Of a stretch of DNA of 57,877 bases, positions 39,697 to 48,779 are shown piece after piece (within the stretch, counting starts at the first letter, position 1; every line of letters starts with the position of its first letter). Under the pieces are notes generated by a model. It made no database searches, was not told the origin of the DNA, and saw nothing but the letters and a program-made list of their open reading frames with translations. Made by a program: the position numbers and the translations under genes. The stretch is from a virus. The DNA is taken from IMG/VR virus record IMGVR_UViG_3300028534_000017, positions 72,284-130,160 of that record, one strand, 5' to 3'.

Positions 39697-40611
39697 ATGG
39701 AAGAAATTTATAAAAATACACTTAGAGTAGAAATAGAATTAAATAATGTCTGTAACTTAAACTGCCCATTATGTTCTAGAAATACGATATATACTAAGGA
39801 TGATTTTAAACAGAAAATTCACGTAGATTCTGATAAATTAATATCATTATTAAATCAATTTCCAAATTTAAAATACGTTACTTTAGCTGGAGAATATTCG
39901 GAACCAACAACATACCCCGATTTATTTAAAGTACTTGATTATTTACATAACCGAGATATAGAAGTATATTTATTTATAAATGCTAGTACAAAAAACGATA
40001 CTTATTATAAAATACTTGCTAAAAAATTTCTTGGTACGAAAAGTACTATTTATTTTAGCTTATTTGGAACAACTAATAAATTACATACTAAATATAGAAA
40101 AGGTGGTAATTTAGAAGATACTCTTAGAAGAGCTAAGATAATAAAAAGTATCTGTCCAAATAATTTTACTATTATATGGATTTTATTTAAATATAATATT
40201 GAAGATTATTTACAAAATAAAAATTTTTTAAAAAAATATTGTAATTCGGAAGAAATTTTTTGGTCAATTCCATTCGCAGAAAGATATAATTTAAGCGATA
40301 GTTTGGAAAAAGGTATATGTTTACCAGAAGAAGAAAGAAACATTTATAATAAATTAGATAAAAATCCAGATTATAAAAATATGACTTGTAAGTCTATAAA
40401 AAATAATTTTGCGTATATTGATAATAATTTAAATATTTGGCCATGTTCATTATCTAAACATAATAAATGTTCATTTGAAGAAATTAAAAAAGGTTCTAAA
40501 TCCTTCTGCTTTGAATGTTTCCCAAAAAATTTAGATATAATGTACGATTATAAAATACATACTTTGTGCGAAAGCGAAACTATGGAATCGAATCATAAAT
40601 TAAGGAAATAA
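39697..40611 (+). CDS. Radical SAM/Twitch protein, family B
   Basis: CNLNCPLC, LAGEYSEPT, CK...IWPC...CFEC. Confidence 0.88.
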   Translation: MEEIYKNTLRVEIELNNVCNLNCPLCSRNTIYTKDDFKQKIHVDSDKLISLLNQFPNLKYVTLAGEYSEPTTYPDLFKVLDYLHNRDIEVYLFINASTKNDTYYKILAKKFLGTKSTIYFSLFGTTNKLHTKYRKGGNLEDTLRRAKIIKSICPNNFTIIWILFKYNIEDYLQNKNFLKKYCNSEEIFWSIPFAERYNLSDSLEKGICLPEEERNIYNKLDKNPDYKNMTCKSIKNNFAYIDNNLNIWPCSLSKHNKCSFEEIKKGSKSFCFECFPKNLDIMYDYKIHTLCESETMESNHKLRK

Positions 40612-40613
40612 AA

Positions 40614-41606
40614 ATGATATTAACGAATCACGATATCCAGGAATTTGAAATTGATTTAACCGGTATTTGTAATTTACAATGCCCAATATGTACTAGAAAT
40701 TACACACACGCTTCGCATTTATTAAAGAAAAATATTAGACCTCTTTCGGAAATAATTTGGCAATTAGACCAATTTCCAAATTTAAATAGAATTATGTTAG
40801 CCGGAGCCATTTCGGAACCGACTGGATATCCGGAATTTTTGGATTTAATTGGATATCTTAATTCTAGAAATATATTTATTGATTTATTTACTAATGGTAG
40901 TAATATTCCAAATTCGGAATATAAAAAGAATAAAAATTTTTGGGAAGATTTGGGAAAATTATTTTCGGAAGGTAATCCAAATAACATTTGTACTTTTACT
41001 ATTTGTGGGAGTACAAACGCACTTCATTCAAAATATAGAAAAGGTAGTTCGTTGGGTGAAATTTTAAATAATATAAAGTATTTTAAAAAATATTCTTTTA
41101 ATAATGATTGTGTACAATTTATAGAATTTGAATATAATACTAATGATATAAATTCTAAAAATTTAGATTATATAAAAAATATGGTAACTGAATGGTACAC
41201 TGTTCAATCAGAAGGCCGTAGAAGATTATTAGATTTTAAAAAGAATGATTTTAAAAAGGAAGGTATTTGGCCAAAAGAAGAAATAGAAAAAAAATATAAA
41301 AAAGTATTTGACCGATTTTTTAAAATAAAAGTAAATCCAAAAAAACTAAATTGTAAAGCTATAAGATATAAAAAATTACATATTGATCAATTTGGAACTA
41401 TTTTTCCATGTTATATGTTAATGGAATTTCCAGAAAGTAAGGATAATTATTTCTATAATTTAGAAGAATTTAAAAAAGCAGTTGAAAAGAATAAGGTGAT
41501 TTTTAATTTTAAAAAAATACATTCTTGTGGTTTTGACGAATGTAAATTTTGTGATCAAAGTGTAGAAAAGTTAATACAATACCAAGGATTGGATTTCATA
41601 TGTTAA
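40614..41606 (+). CDS. Radical SAM/Twitch protein, family B
   Basis: CNLQCPIC, LAGAISEPT, CKA...GTIFPC...CKFC. Confidence 0.88.
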   Translation: MILTNHDIQEFEIDLTGICNLQCPICTRNYTHASHLLKKNIRPLSEIIWQLDQFPNLNRIMLAGAISEPTGYPEFLDLIGYLNSRNIFIDLFTNGSNIPNSEYKKNKNFWEDLGKLFSEGNPNNICTFTICGSTNALHSKYRKGSSLGEILNNIKYFKKYSFNNDCVQFIEFEYNTNDINSKNLDYIKNMVTEWYTVQSEGRRRLLDFKKNDFKKEGIWPKEEIEKKYKKVFDRFFKIKVNPKKLNCKAIRYKKLHIDQFGTIFPCYMLMEFPESKDNYFYNLEEFKKAVEKNKVIFNFKKIHSCGFDECKFCDQSVEKLIQYQGLDFIC

Positions 41607-42514
41607 TTAAAGATATAGAATTTGAATTAAGTAACTATTGTAATGCCGATTGTCCATTATGTGCCAGAAATTATTTAAATAAAGATATTTTAAATTCTAA
41701 ATTTAGACCAATATCGGAATTACTTCTTCAATTGGATAATATAATAAAAAATAATTCGGTAAAATGGATTAGATTGGTTGGGGCCGTATCGGAACCTACT
41801 TTACATCCAAAATTTTTAAAATTAATAACAGAATTAAAAAATAGAAATTTAAATATAGAAATATGTACCAATGGGGATACAAGAACTCCAGATTTCTGGA
41901 AATCTTTAAATAAACTTTTAGATAAAAATGATAAAGTTTATTTTACTATATGTGGAAGTACTCAAGAAGTACATGAATTATATAGAAAAAAGACAAACCT
42001 AAAAAATATTTTAAATAATATTAAATATTTCCAATCTGGTAATACCAAAAATAAAATTGATTATGCGCAATGTATACAATTCGATTATAATTATCAAGAT
42101 TTAAATTCGGAACGGTTTAAAAAAATGATTTCATTTATTTCTAATATTTATATGACTAAAACTTATTTAAAAATGAATTCTAAATTATATAAAAATTATC
42201 AAGATATTATAGAAAATAAATTAAAACCAATACAGAATATACAATATCAAAAAATAAATAAAATAGTTTCTAATTTTAAACTAAGTACTAAAAAAATCGC
42301 CTGTAAAGCTAAAGAGGATAATTCTATTTTTATAGATATAAATGGTAATATTAATCCGTGTTATTTATTTTATGAACAGGCTAAATTAAATAATATAAAT
42401 ATTAAAAACTGGTCATATAATAAAATAGAAAATTTTGAATACGAAGCCTGCAAATTTTGTGAAATTTGCACCCGAAAAATTTTAGAAAAAAAAGACATGG
42501 AATATATAATTTAA
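41600..42514 (+). CDS. Radical SAM/Twitch protein, family B
   Basis: CNADCPLC, LVGAVSEPT, CKA...GNINPC...CKFC. Confidence 0.88.
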   Translation: MLIKDIEFELSNYCNADCPLCARNYLNKDILNSKFRPISELLLQLDNIIKNNSVKWIRLVGAVSEPTLHPKFLKLITELKNRNLNIEICTNGDTRTPDFWKSLNKLLDKNDKVYFTICGSTQEVHELYRKKTNLKNILNNIKYFQSGNTKNKIDYAQCIQFDYNYQDLNSERFKKMISFISNIYMTKTYLKMNSKLYKNYQDIIENKLKPIQNIQYQKINKIVSNFKLSTKKIACKAKEDNSIFIDINGNINPCYLFYEQAKLNNINIKNWSYNKIENFEYEACKFCEICTRKILEKKDMEYII

Positions 42515-42523
42515 AGGAAAATA

Positions 42524-43603
42524 ATGATAAATACAAGTACTCAATATGGAAAACTTAAAAAGGTAATTGTTGGAAATGAATTAAATTTTAATAAGCGGTT
42601 ATTTGATATAACTATGAAAAATTTTTATAAAGAAAATTTAGGCCAACAGTTATACGATTCACCAATAACCGAATATTCTATAAATTATAAAATACTTCAA
42701 GAACGTATAGAAGATTTAGATACTTTATCAAGTACTTTAATTAATTTAGGAATTGATGTTTCTCGACCAACTAAAGTAGATAAAATGCATCGTATAGAAA
42801 CTCCTTATTTTAAAAGTGAAGGATCAAGTGCTAGCAATGTGAGGGATTTAACTTTTATTTATAATAATACTATTATTGAAACTCCAGTATTTATTAGAAA
42901 TAGATATTTCGAAAATTTACAATTATATTCAATACTAAATAAAAATTTTTTTGAAACTCCAGAACGTTTTAACCCTAAGTGGATAAAATCTCCAAATAAT
43001 TTTTTAACGGAATCTCGAATTGATTTAGATAATTGGGATTCTCCAAGAAATTTTGAAAATCTTAATCCTATTATAGATACATATGATATGGCTATAGATG
43101 CTGCACAATTTATTAAAATAAACGATAAAGAATGCTTTGTAAACATTAGTACTTATAATCATTATTTAGGTTTTCTTTGGGTAAAATCTAATTTTCCAAA
43201 CATTACTTTTTATCCACTTTATCAATTAATTGATAATCATCTTGATGGAGCTTTTAATATTTTATCGGATGGGGTATTTTTGGTTAATCCAGCTTATAGA
43301 AATTTAAAAGAAAAATTACCTAAAAAATTTAAAAATTGGAAATATTTAATTCCAAAAGAAACTATTAGAAAATATCCAACTAACGTTACGGATATAGATA
43401 AATTATTTGCTAGCGAACGAGGAATGGATATAAACGTATTAAGTATTTCTCCAAAACAAGTTATTGTTTCTAAAGATGCTACCGAAACTATAAAAATACT
43501 CGAAAAAAATAATTTTGAAGCTATTCCAATTCAATTAAGACATTCTGAAATATTTGCTGGAGGAATACACTGTAGTACTTTGGATATAGAAAGAGATTCA
43601 TAA
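42524..43603 (+). CDS. Amidinotransferase (glycine/inosamine-phosphate amidinotransferase family)
   Basis: LKKVIVG, VRD, IDAA, HLDG, GGIHCST: Asp-His-Cys triad intact. Confidence 0.88.
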   Translation: MINTSTQYGKLKKVIVGNELNFNKRLFDITMKNFYKENLGQQLYDSPITEYSINYKILQERIEDLDTLSSTLINLGIDVSRPTKVDKMHRIETPYFKSEGSSASNVRDLTFIYNNTIIETPVFIRNRYFENLQLYSILNKNFFETPERFNPKWIKSPNNFLTESRIDLDNWDSPRNFENLNPIIDTYDMAIDAAQFIKINDKECFVNISTYNHYLGFLWVKSNFPNITFYPLYQLIDNHLDGAFNILSDGVFLVNPAYRNLKEKLPKKFKNWKYLIPKETIRKYPTNVTDIDKLFASERGMDINVLSISPKQVIVSKDATETIKILEKNNFEAIPIQLRHSEIFAGGIHCSTLDIERDS

Positions 43604-44334
43604 TGTTTTTAGAAAACGAAGAAATTAAAGAAATCGAAATAGTACAATATCAGGAACATTTAGATAATATTTTTTATAAAAAATATATTCTTAATGAATT
43701 TAAAATTAATTATAATATATCTAAAAAAGATATATTATTATTTAATAATAGATTCTTTTATTATATTATCAAGGATAATTATAAAATTATAAATATTGAT
43801 ATTTATAAAAAAGTATTTACTTATTACGATACCTATAATTATAAAGATGATTTAATTACAAATTATTGTAATATCGTGGATAAAAATTATAAAGATAAAA
43901 TAAATAATATTTTTCCAAGTATAATTGAATTTATAAGTACCAGTAAATTATATAAATTTAGTCATTTTAAAAATAATAATTTATATTTTCATAAAGTGTC
44001 TGGAAAAATAATTAAATATTTAATTACTAAAAAAGATTTTTACTATTTAAAAAAATTTTACGATGATTTAAAAAATAAACATATTGAACTCAATCCATTT
44101 AGTAGTTTACTTACAAATAATTTAGTTAAAACAAAAGATCATAAAATATATATAATAGATTTAAAACAAATTGGTTTTCTAAATTATCAAATAAATATGC
44201 CATTTTTTATAATTTTAAAAAATGAAAAAACTAATACTGGTTATATATATACCGAGGAAAAAAATAAAAATTATAATTTTAATAATATTAAAAAAGAACA
44301 TTCGTTTGAAAAAATTAAAATTATAATTTATTAA
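43603..44334 (+). CDS. Hypothetical protein, weakly kinase-like
   Basis: NNLV...KIYIIDL resembles kinase subdomains VIb-VII. Confidence 0.35.
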   Translation: MFLENEEIKEIEIVQYQEHLDNIFYKKYILNEFKINYNISKKDILLFNNRFFYYIIKDNYKIINIDIYKKVFTYYDTYNYKDDLITNYCNIVDKNYKDKINNIFPSIIEFISTSKLYKFSHFKNNNLYFHKVSGKIIKYLITKKDFYYLKKFYDDLKNKHIELNPFSSLLTNNLVKTKDHKIYIIDLKQIGFLNYQINMPFFIILKNEKTNTGYIYTEEKNKNYNFNNIKKEHSFEKIKIIIY

Positions 44335-44350
44335 ACTAAAAAGGAAATTT

Positions 44351-45220
44351 ATGACAAATACAAAAATAGCTTTAATAACTACGATAGAAAATAAAAATAA
44401 TAAAAATAATGTTTTTGGAAATTTTAAAGTTCAAAGAGATTACGAAAAAGAAGCGATTGAATGTTTTAAACATTGGAGAAAAAATGGAGGATGGTTAAAA
44501 GATATTCCCATATATACTCATTGTCCAACAAAAAATACTATTTCCGATGAAACAATCAAAGAATTAAAAAAATTAAATGTAACTTATGACGAAACATATA
44601 TAAAAAGTACAGAAGAACATATAAATGGATTTATTAATGTTTATGCTACTGGAAAACATTTTGAAAATCTTGATTTAGATATAGATATTTTTATTCATAT
44701 TGATTTAGATATGAAATTAATAAAAGAATTACCAAGTACTTTATTTATGAATTTAAAAAACGATAATCAAAATATTATAAAATGTGGTGTTTATACTAAA
44801 AGTAGTTTATTTAATCAAAGAAATTCTGGAACTGATTTAGTATTCGATACTGGTTTTATAATAAGTAGAAAAGATTCTAATTTTTATAATTATTTTTATG
44901 ATAAGATTTTAGAATTTATAAAAAACCCAGATGAAAATTATCTAAAAATAAAAGAATCTAGAAAAAATTTACCAATAACCGATTATGATATAGAAGAATA
45001 TTTTTTAGATAAGTTAGTATATGAAGAAAAACTAAATGTAACCGCTTTAAAAAATTATCAACTTGGGGAAGGTTATCCATCTATAAAAGAATTTTCCGAT
45101 GATGAATTAAAAGAAGTTTATTTTTGGCACGAACATTTGTATTATGATAAATCGGAATACGATGCCGTTAAGGAAAAAATTCAATATAAAAAAAGAATGA
45201 ATAAATTAAAGGATATTTAA
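44351..45220 (+). CDS. Glycosyltransferase, GT-A fold (GT8-like)
   Basis: HIDLDM (DxD), FDTGFII, C-terminal FWHEH. Confidence 0.65.
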   Translation: MTNTKIALITTIENKNNKNNVFGNFKVQRDYEKEAIECFKHWRKNGGWLKDIPIYTHCPTKNTISDETIKELKKLNVTYDETYIKSTEEHINGFINVYATGKHFENLDLDIDIFIHIDLDMKLIKELPSTLFMNLKNDNQNIIKCGVYTKSSLFNQRNSGTDLVFDTGFIISRKDSNFYNYFYDKILEFIKNPDENYLKIKESRKNLPITDYDIEEYFLDKLVYEEKLNVTALKNYQLGEGYPSIKEFSDDELKEVYFWHEHLYYDKSEYDAVKEKIQYKKRMNKLKDI

Positions 45221-45221
45221 T

Positions 45222-45878
45222 ATGGCAACCAAAGATTTAGATAATATAGAAGATTTAGATAATATAGAAAGATTAAAAATAAGATTAACAAACATTAAAT
45301 TGATTTTTAATAATTTAATTACGATCGAAGAGTATTCTGATATTTTATTAAAAGATATAAAATTATACGAGGATTCATTTAATTTCGATTATATGTTTTT
45401 GATTAAATCTAAAAATATAATAGTAATACTTAAAAATGAATTCTTAGAAACTGAAAAAATGGAAATTCTTATAAACTCTGGTTTGTATTTTAATTTGATT
45501 CGGGAAACTGATTTTTTATATATATTTGAAAATATAGAATTTCAAGAAATAAATTTAAAAACGGATATACCATTATTAAAAACTTTTCGAGATACTTTAA
45601 ATAATTTAAATATTAGATTGGTATCTCCTTTACTAAAAAGAATCGGTAAATTCGATAATAAAATTTATATAATCAATCCATTTATAGAAATAATTATGGA
45701 AGATACTATGGAAGAAGAAAAAATCTTAAATGGAGTTTTTTTAAAATTTAATACTCGATTATTAACTATGTTTATTTATATTCTGCCAGATAATATTATT
45801 CCAAGTTTTGAATTATTGAATAAATATTTATTTAAAAAAGAAGTAACAAAACGTTTAATAAGGTTACCAAATGAATAA
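45222..45878 (+). CDS. Hypothetical protein, possible paralogue of 43603
   Basis: DNKIYIINP; N-terminal DLDNIE x2. Confidence 0.45.
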   Translation: MATKDLDNIEDLDNIERLKIRLTNIKLIFNNLITIEEYSDILLKDIKLYEDSFNFDYMFLIKSKNIIVILKNEFLETEKMEILINSGLYFNLIRETDFLYIFENIEFQEINLKTDIPLLKTFRDTLNNLNIRLVSPLLKRIGKFDNKIYIINPFIEIIMEDTMEEEKILNGVFLKFNTRLLTMFIYILPDNIIPSFELLNKYLFKKEVTKRLIRLPNE

Positions 45879-46524
45879 TTATTTAGAAAAATTAGATTTT
45901 ACAAATAATAATATATTTATAGATATATTTGAAAAACGTTTATCGGAATATACTGGAGCACCTTATGTAGTATTAACCGATAGTTGTACAAACGCTATTT
46001 TTATTACTATTAATTTTTTAAAACTTTATAAAAATTATAAATGTAATAAAGTTATTTTACCAAAGAAAACATATCTAAGTATTCCAAATATATTTTTAAG
46101 ATTAAATATAGATATAACTTTTAAGAATATTCCTTGGAAAGGTATATATAGATTAGAAGGTTTTCCAATTTACGATTGCGCCGTTGGTTTTATTCCAAAA
46201 TTATATATTCCTGGTAATTATATGTGTTTAAGTTTTCAACAAAAAAAAGCTTTACCAATAGGTAAAGGTGGAGCTATTTTATTAGATAATAAAGAAGATT
46301 ATTTAATTTTAAAACGTATGGTTCATGATGGAAGAGATTCCGGTATTCCAACAAAAGATGATAAAAATATTATTTTTGGTTATCATATGAATATGCCACC
46401 CGATGATGCAGCAAAAGGAACTTTATTATTAAACCAATATCAATTTAAAGAAAGTGATATTAAAGATTATACCGATTATCCAGATACTCAAAAAATAATA
46501 ACTAATTTTACGATTGGAGAATAA
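45871..46524 (+). CDS. DegT/DnrJ/EryC1/StrS-family PLP aminotransferase (short form)
   Basis: FEKRLSEYTG, DSCTNA, YDCA, SFQQKKALPIGKGGAI, GYHMNM. Confidence 0.88.
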   Translation: MNNYLEKLDFTNNNIFIDIFEKRLSEYTGAPYVVLTDSCTNAIFITINFLKLYKNYKCNKVILPKKTYLSIPNIFLRLNIDITFKNIPWKGIYRLEGFPIYDCAVGFIPKLYIPGNYMCLSFQQKKALPIGKGGAILLDNKEDYLILKRMVHDGRDSGIPTKDDKNIIFGYHMNMPPDDAAKGTLLLNQYQFKESDIKDYTDYPDTQKIITNFTIGE

Positions 46525-46526
46525 AT

Positions 46527-46820
46527 ATGTTATTTAATATAAATAAAAATATTATTTTAGAAGAAATGACTACCGAAAGAAAATTAACTAGAATACCTAT
46601 TCTTACCGCTGCTGGAGCTATACTCCATCCAATTATTGGAACTGGAATTGACCTAGCTTTGGGAAAAGATAATGTTTTAAATGTAGATAATATCGAGGAT
46701 AAAGCTATGCTTGGAGCAGGTGTTGGTACATTAATGGGGGGAATTAATTATTTTAGAAAAGATGGTGGTTTAGGACCAACTTCTTTAATTAGCCAAACAT
46801 TATATCCAATTAAAAAATAA
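46527..46820 (+). CDS. Small Gly-zipper protein, possible internal head protein
   Basis: IILEE motif followed by GAGVGTLMGG. Confidence 0.5.
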   Translation: MLFNINKNIILEEMTTERKLTRIPILTAAGAILHPIIGTGIDLALGKDNVLNVDNIEDKAMLGAGVGTLMGGINYFRKDGGLGPTSLISQTLYPIKK

Positions 46821-46829
46821 AAGAAATTA

Positions 46830-46885
46830 AACGACAGGAAAATAGCTATGGAAATCAATCCATAGCTATTTTTGCTCCTGTCGTT
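46830..46885. terminator. Bidirectional terminator with CCTGTC on both arms
   Basis: AACGACAGGA-AAATAGCTATGGA...TCCATAGCTATTTT-TGC-TCCTGTCGTT between convergent genes. Confidence 0.8.
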
Positions 46886-47157
46886 GGTTTAACAATCTTT
46901 TTTAGATCTGTTTTTCTTCTACTTTTATTCATTTTATTTGAATGAATATTTACTTCATGTTCATCTAGATCCCGTTCACTTATATAATTTCTATCAGTTA
47001 TTCTTTTCTTTCCCTTTAATAAATAATCATATTTATTAAAAAGATATACTAAAACCTTAATAATAAATATTCCAAATATAAACAAAGCGATACTTAATAA
47101 AATGGTATTAAAATTAAAAATGTTATCAAATGCATTGCTATAATTAAAAGAAATCAT
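46855..47157 (-). CDS. Small membrane protein
   Basis: One TM helix and a basic tail. Confidence 0.65.
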   Translation of the reverse strand: MISFNYSNAFDNIFNFNTILLSIALFIFGIFIIKVLVYLFNKYDYLLKGKKRITDRNYISERDLDEHEVNIHSNKMNKSRRKTDLKKIVKPTTGAKIAMD

Positions 47158-47196
47158 TTTTTACCTTTATTTAAAATATTTTTGAATATATTTTTG

Positions 47197-48273
47197 TTAT
47201 TTTTTAAAACCATCGCATAACACATTCCATTTACATTTAACACATTTTAAATTTTTATAATACTGGGTTTTTCGTTTTTGTAATAAATCTTTTTTAATAT
47301 TATCTATATTAAATTTTACTAATTTTTTAGCATCTTCTTTTAAAATATCATTCTTATAAATAAAAAACGGATTCCAATCATTAGTAAAATATTGATCTAA
47401 ATAATTATATAAATAAAAGTGATATTTTTCAGGAAGATAACAATATTCAAAATATCTTATATTTAAATCTATTTTAGCCTCAATAATCTTATCCATAACA
47501 TTGGTAATTAGATCAATATTTTTATGTATTGTTTTTTGAGATTTTTCCCCAATTTTTTTAGCATCCTGCCATTCATTAATAGGTAATAAATTTATTTGAT
47601 TAATATTAATTAAATAAAAAGAGTGCTGATTTAAAAAATCTTCTATTATATCGTCTAATTCGAAAATACTTTTATTATTTATAATAATATTTAATCTTGC
47701 TTTAACTGGTTTTGGATAATTATTTATAACTCTTAAATTACTAAATATAGTTTCATACGCTTTATCTAATTTAACTATATCATCGTGAGTTTCTCTAAAC
47801 CCATGAATACTAAACATAATTTCATCTATACCTCTATTAAGAATATCATATAATTCTTTATGAGCTAAATAACCATTAGTAATTACAGAAACTATTAAAC
47901 CTAATGATTTAGCATAACTAACGCATTCTAAAAAATTTGGATGAATGGTGCTTTCACCACCACTGAATTCAATACTTTTAAAATCAAATTCATATGCTTT
48001 ATTAATCTGATTAATTATATCTTCTTTTGGTATAAATTCGTCATTTACTTTAGAAATATAATAACAATATTTGCATTTAGCGTTGCATTTAAATCCAGTA
48101 TCTATTTTTAATCTGGAACTATATTTAGATTTATAATCTCCATATAATTCCTTTAACTTTTCTAAAGTTAATTTTGAAATAATACCTTCTTCTATTTTAT
48201 CTATAATTTTTCCCGAGTTTTTATATTCCCGTACTTCCAAAACCGCCTTCTCCCCGCTCGGTATTTTTTTCAT
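47197..48273 (-). CDS. Radical SAM protein with C-terminal CxxCx5C
   Basis: CNAKCKYC, FSGGE, ITNG, FSIHG, YC, CVKCKWNVLCDG. Confidence 0.88.
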   Translation of the reverse strand: MKKIPSGEKAVLEVREYKNSGKIIDKIEEGIISKLTLEKLKELYGDYKSKYSSRLKIDTGFKCNAKCKYCYYISKVNDEFIPKEDIINQINKAYEFDFKSIEFSGGESTIHPNFLECVSYAKSLGLIVSVITNGYLAHKELYDILNRGIDEIMFSIHGFRETHDDIVKLDKAYETIFSNLRVINNYPKPVKARLNIIINNKSIFELDDIIEDFLNQHSFYLININQINLLPINEWQDAKKIGEKSQKTIHKNIDLITNVMDKIIEAKIDLNIRYFEYCYLPEKYHFYLYNYLDQYFTNDWNPFFIYKNDILKEDAKKLVKFNIDNIKKDLLQKRKTQYYKNLKCVKCKWNVLCDGFKK

Positions 48274-48730
48274 TTTCGAATTCCTCTTTGGTTAATGTTT
48301 TAAAATAAACTCTTGGTATCTCTTCTAAAATAGCTTGAGCAATTCTAGATCCAGCCTCTTTTGGTAATAATTCGGTTGGTACTGTACTTGGAACAACTAA
48401 TTTTATAACTATTTCCCCCCTATAATCACTATCTATAATTCCAACTGTATTTGCTAATCCCATTTGAAATTTAAAACCTAAACCAGAGCGAGGATAAATT
48501 TTTAAAACGTATTTGCTACTAAAAGAAGTATATAATCCTGTATCAACAGTAGCAACATGATAATCCTGATATGTTTTCCAAATAATTTCTTTTTTTGCTT
48601 CTATATCGAAAGCCGCACTACCTTCAGTACCGTATTTTGGATAATTTCCAGTCTCGGAATATATTTTAATTACTGTATTTTTTCTATCGTCTGGAAGCTC
48701 TTCCAAATCGGTTAATTCCCAAATATTCAT
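48221..48730 (-). CDS. dut: Trimeric dUTPase
   Basis: AAFDI, RSGLG, GIIDSDYRGEI, RIAQ, RGEGGFGSTG. Confidence 0.95.
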   Translation of the reverse strand: MNIWELTDLEELPDDRKNTVIKIYSETGNYPKYGTEGSAAFDIEAKKEIIWKTYQDYHVATVDTGLYTSFSSKYVLKIYPRSGLGFKFQMGLANTVGIIDSDYRGEIVIKLVVPSTVPTELLPKEAGSRIAQAILEEIPRVYFKTLTKEEFENEKNTERGEGGFGSTGI

Positions 48731-48779
48731 AAAAATCCTTTAATCTTTTTATTATAATATCTATATCGAATATTATAAG

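Noticed and set aside
34268-42514. rSAMs as QueE (7-deazaguanine DNA modification), NrdG activase or viperin
   Set aside because: No recognisable QueC/QueD/FolE/DpdA or NrdD in the window, and the shared motifs (GGELS/TNFSGN, GxxSEPT) do not point to those families. A profile search is needed to exclude them fully.
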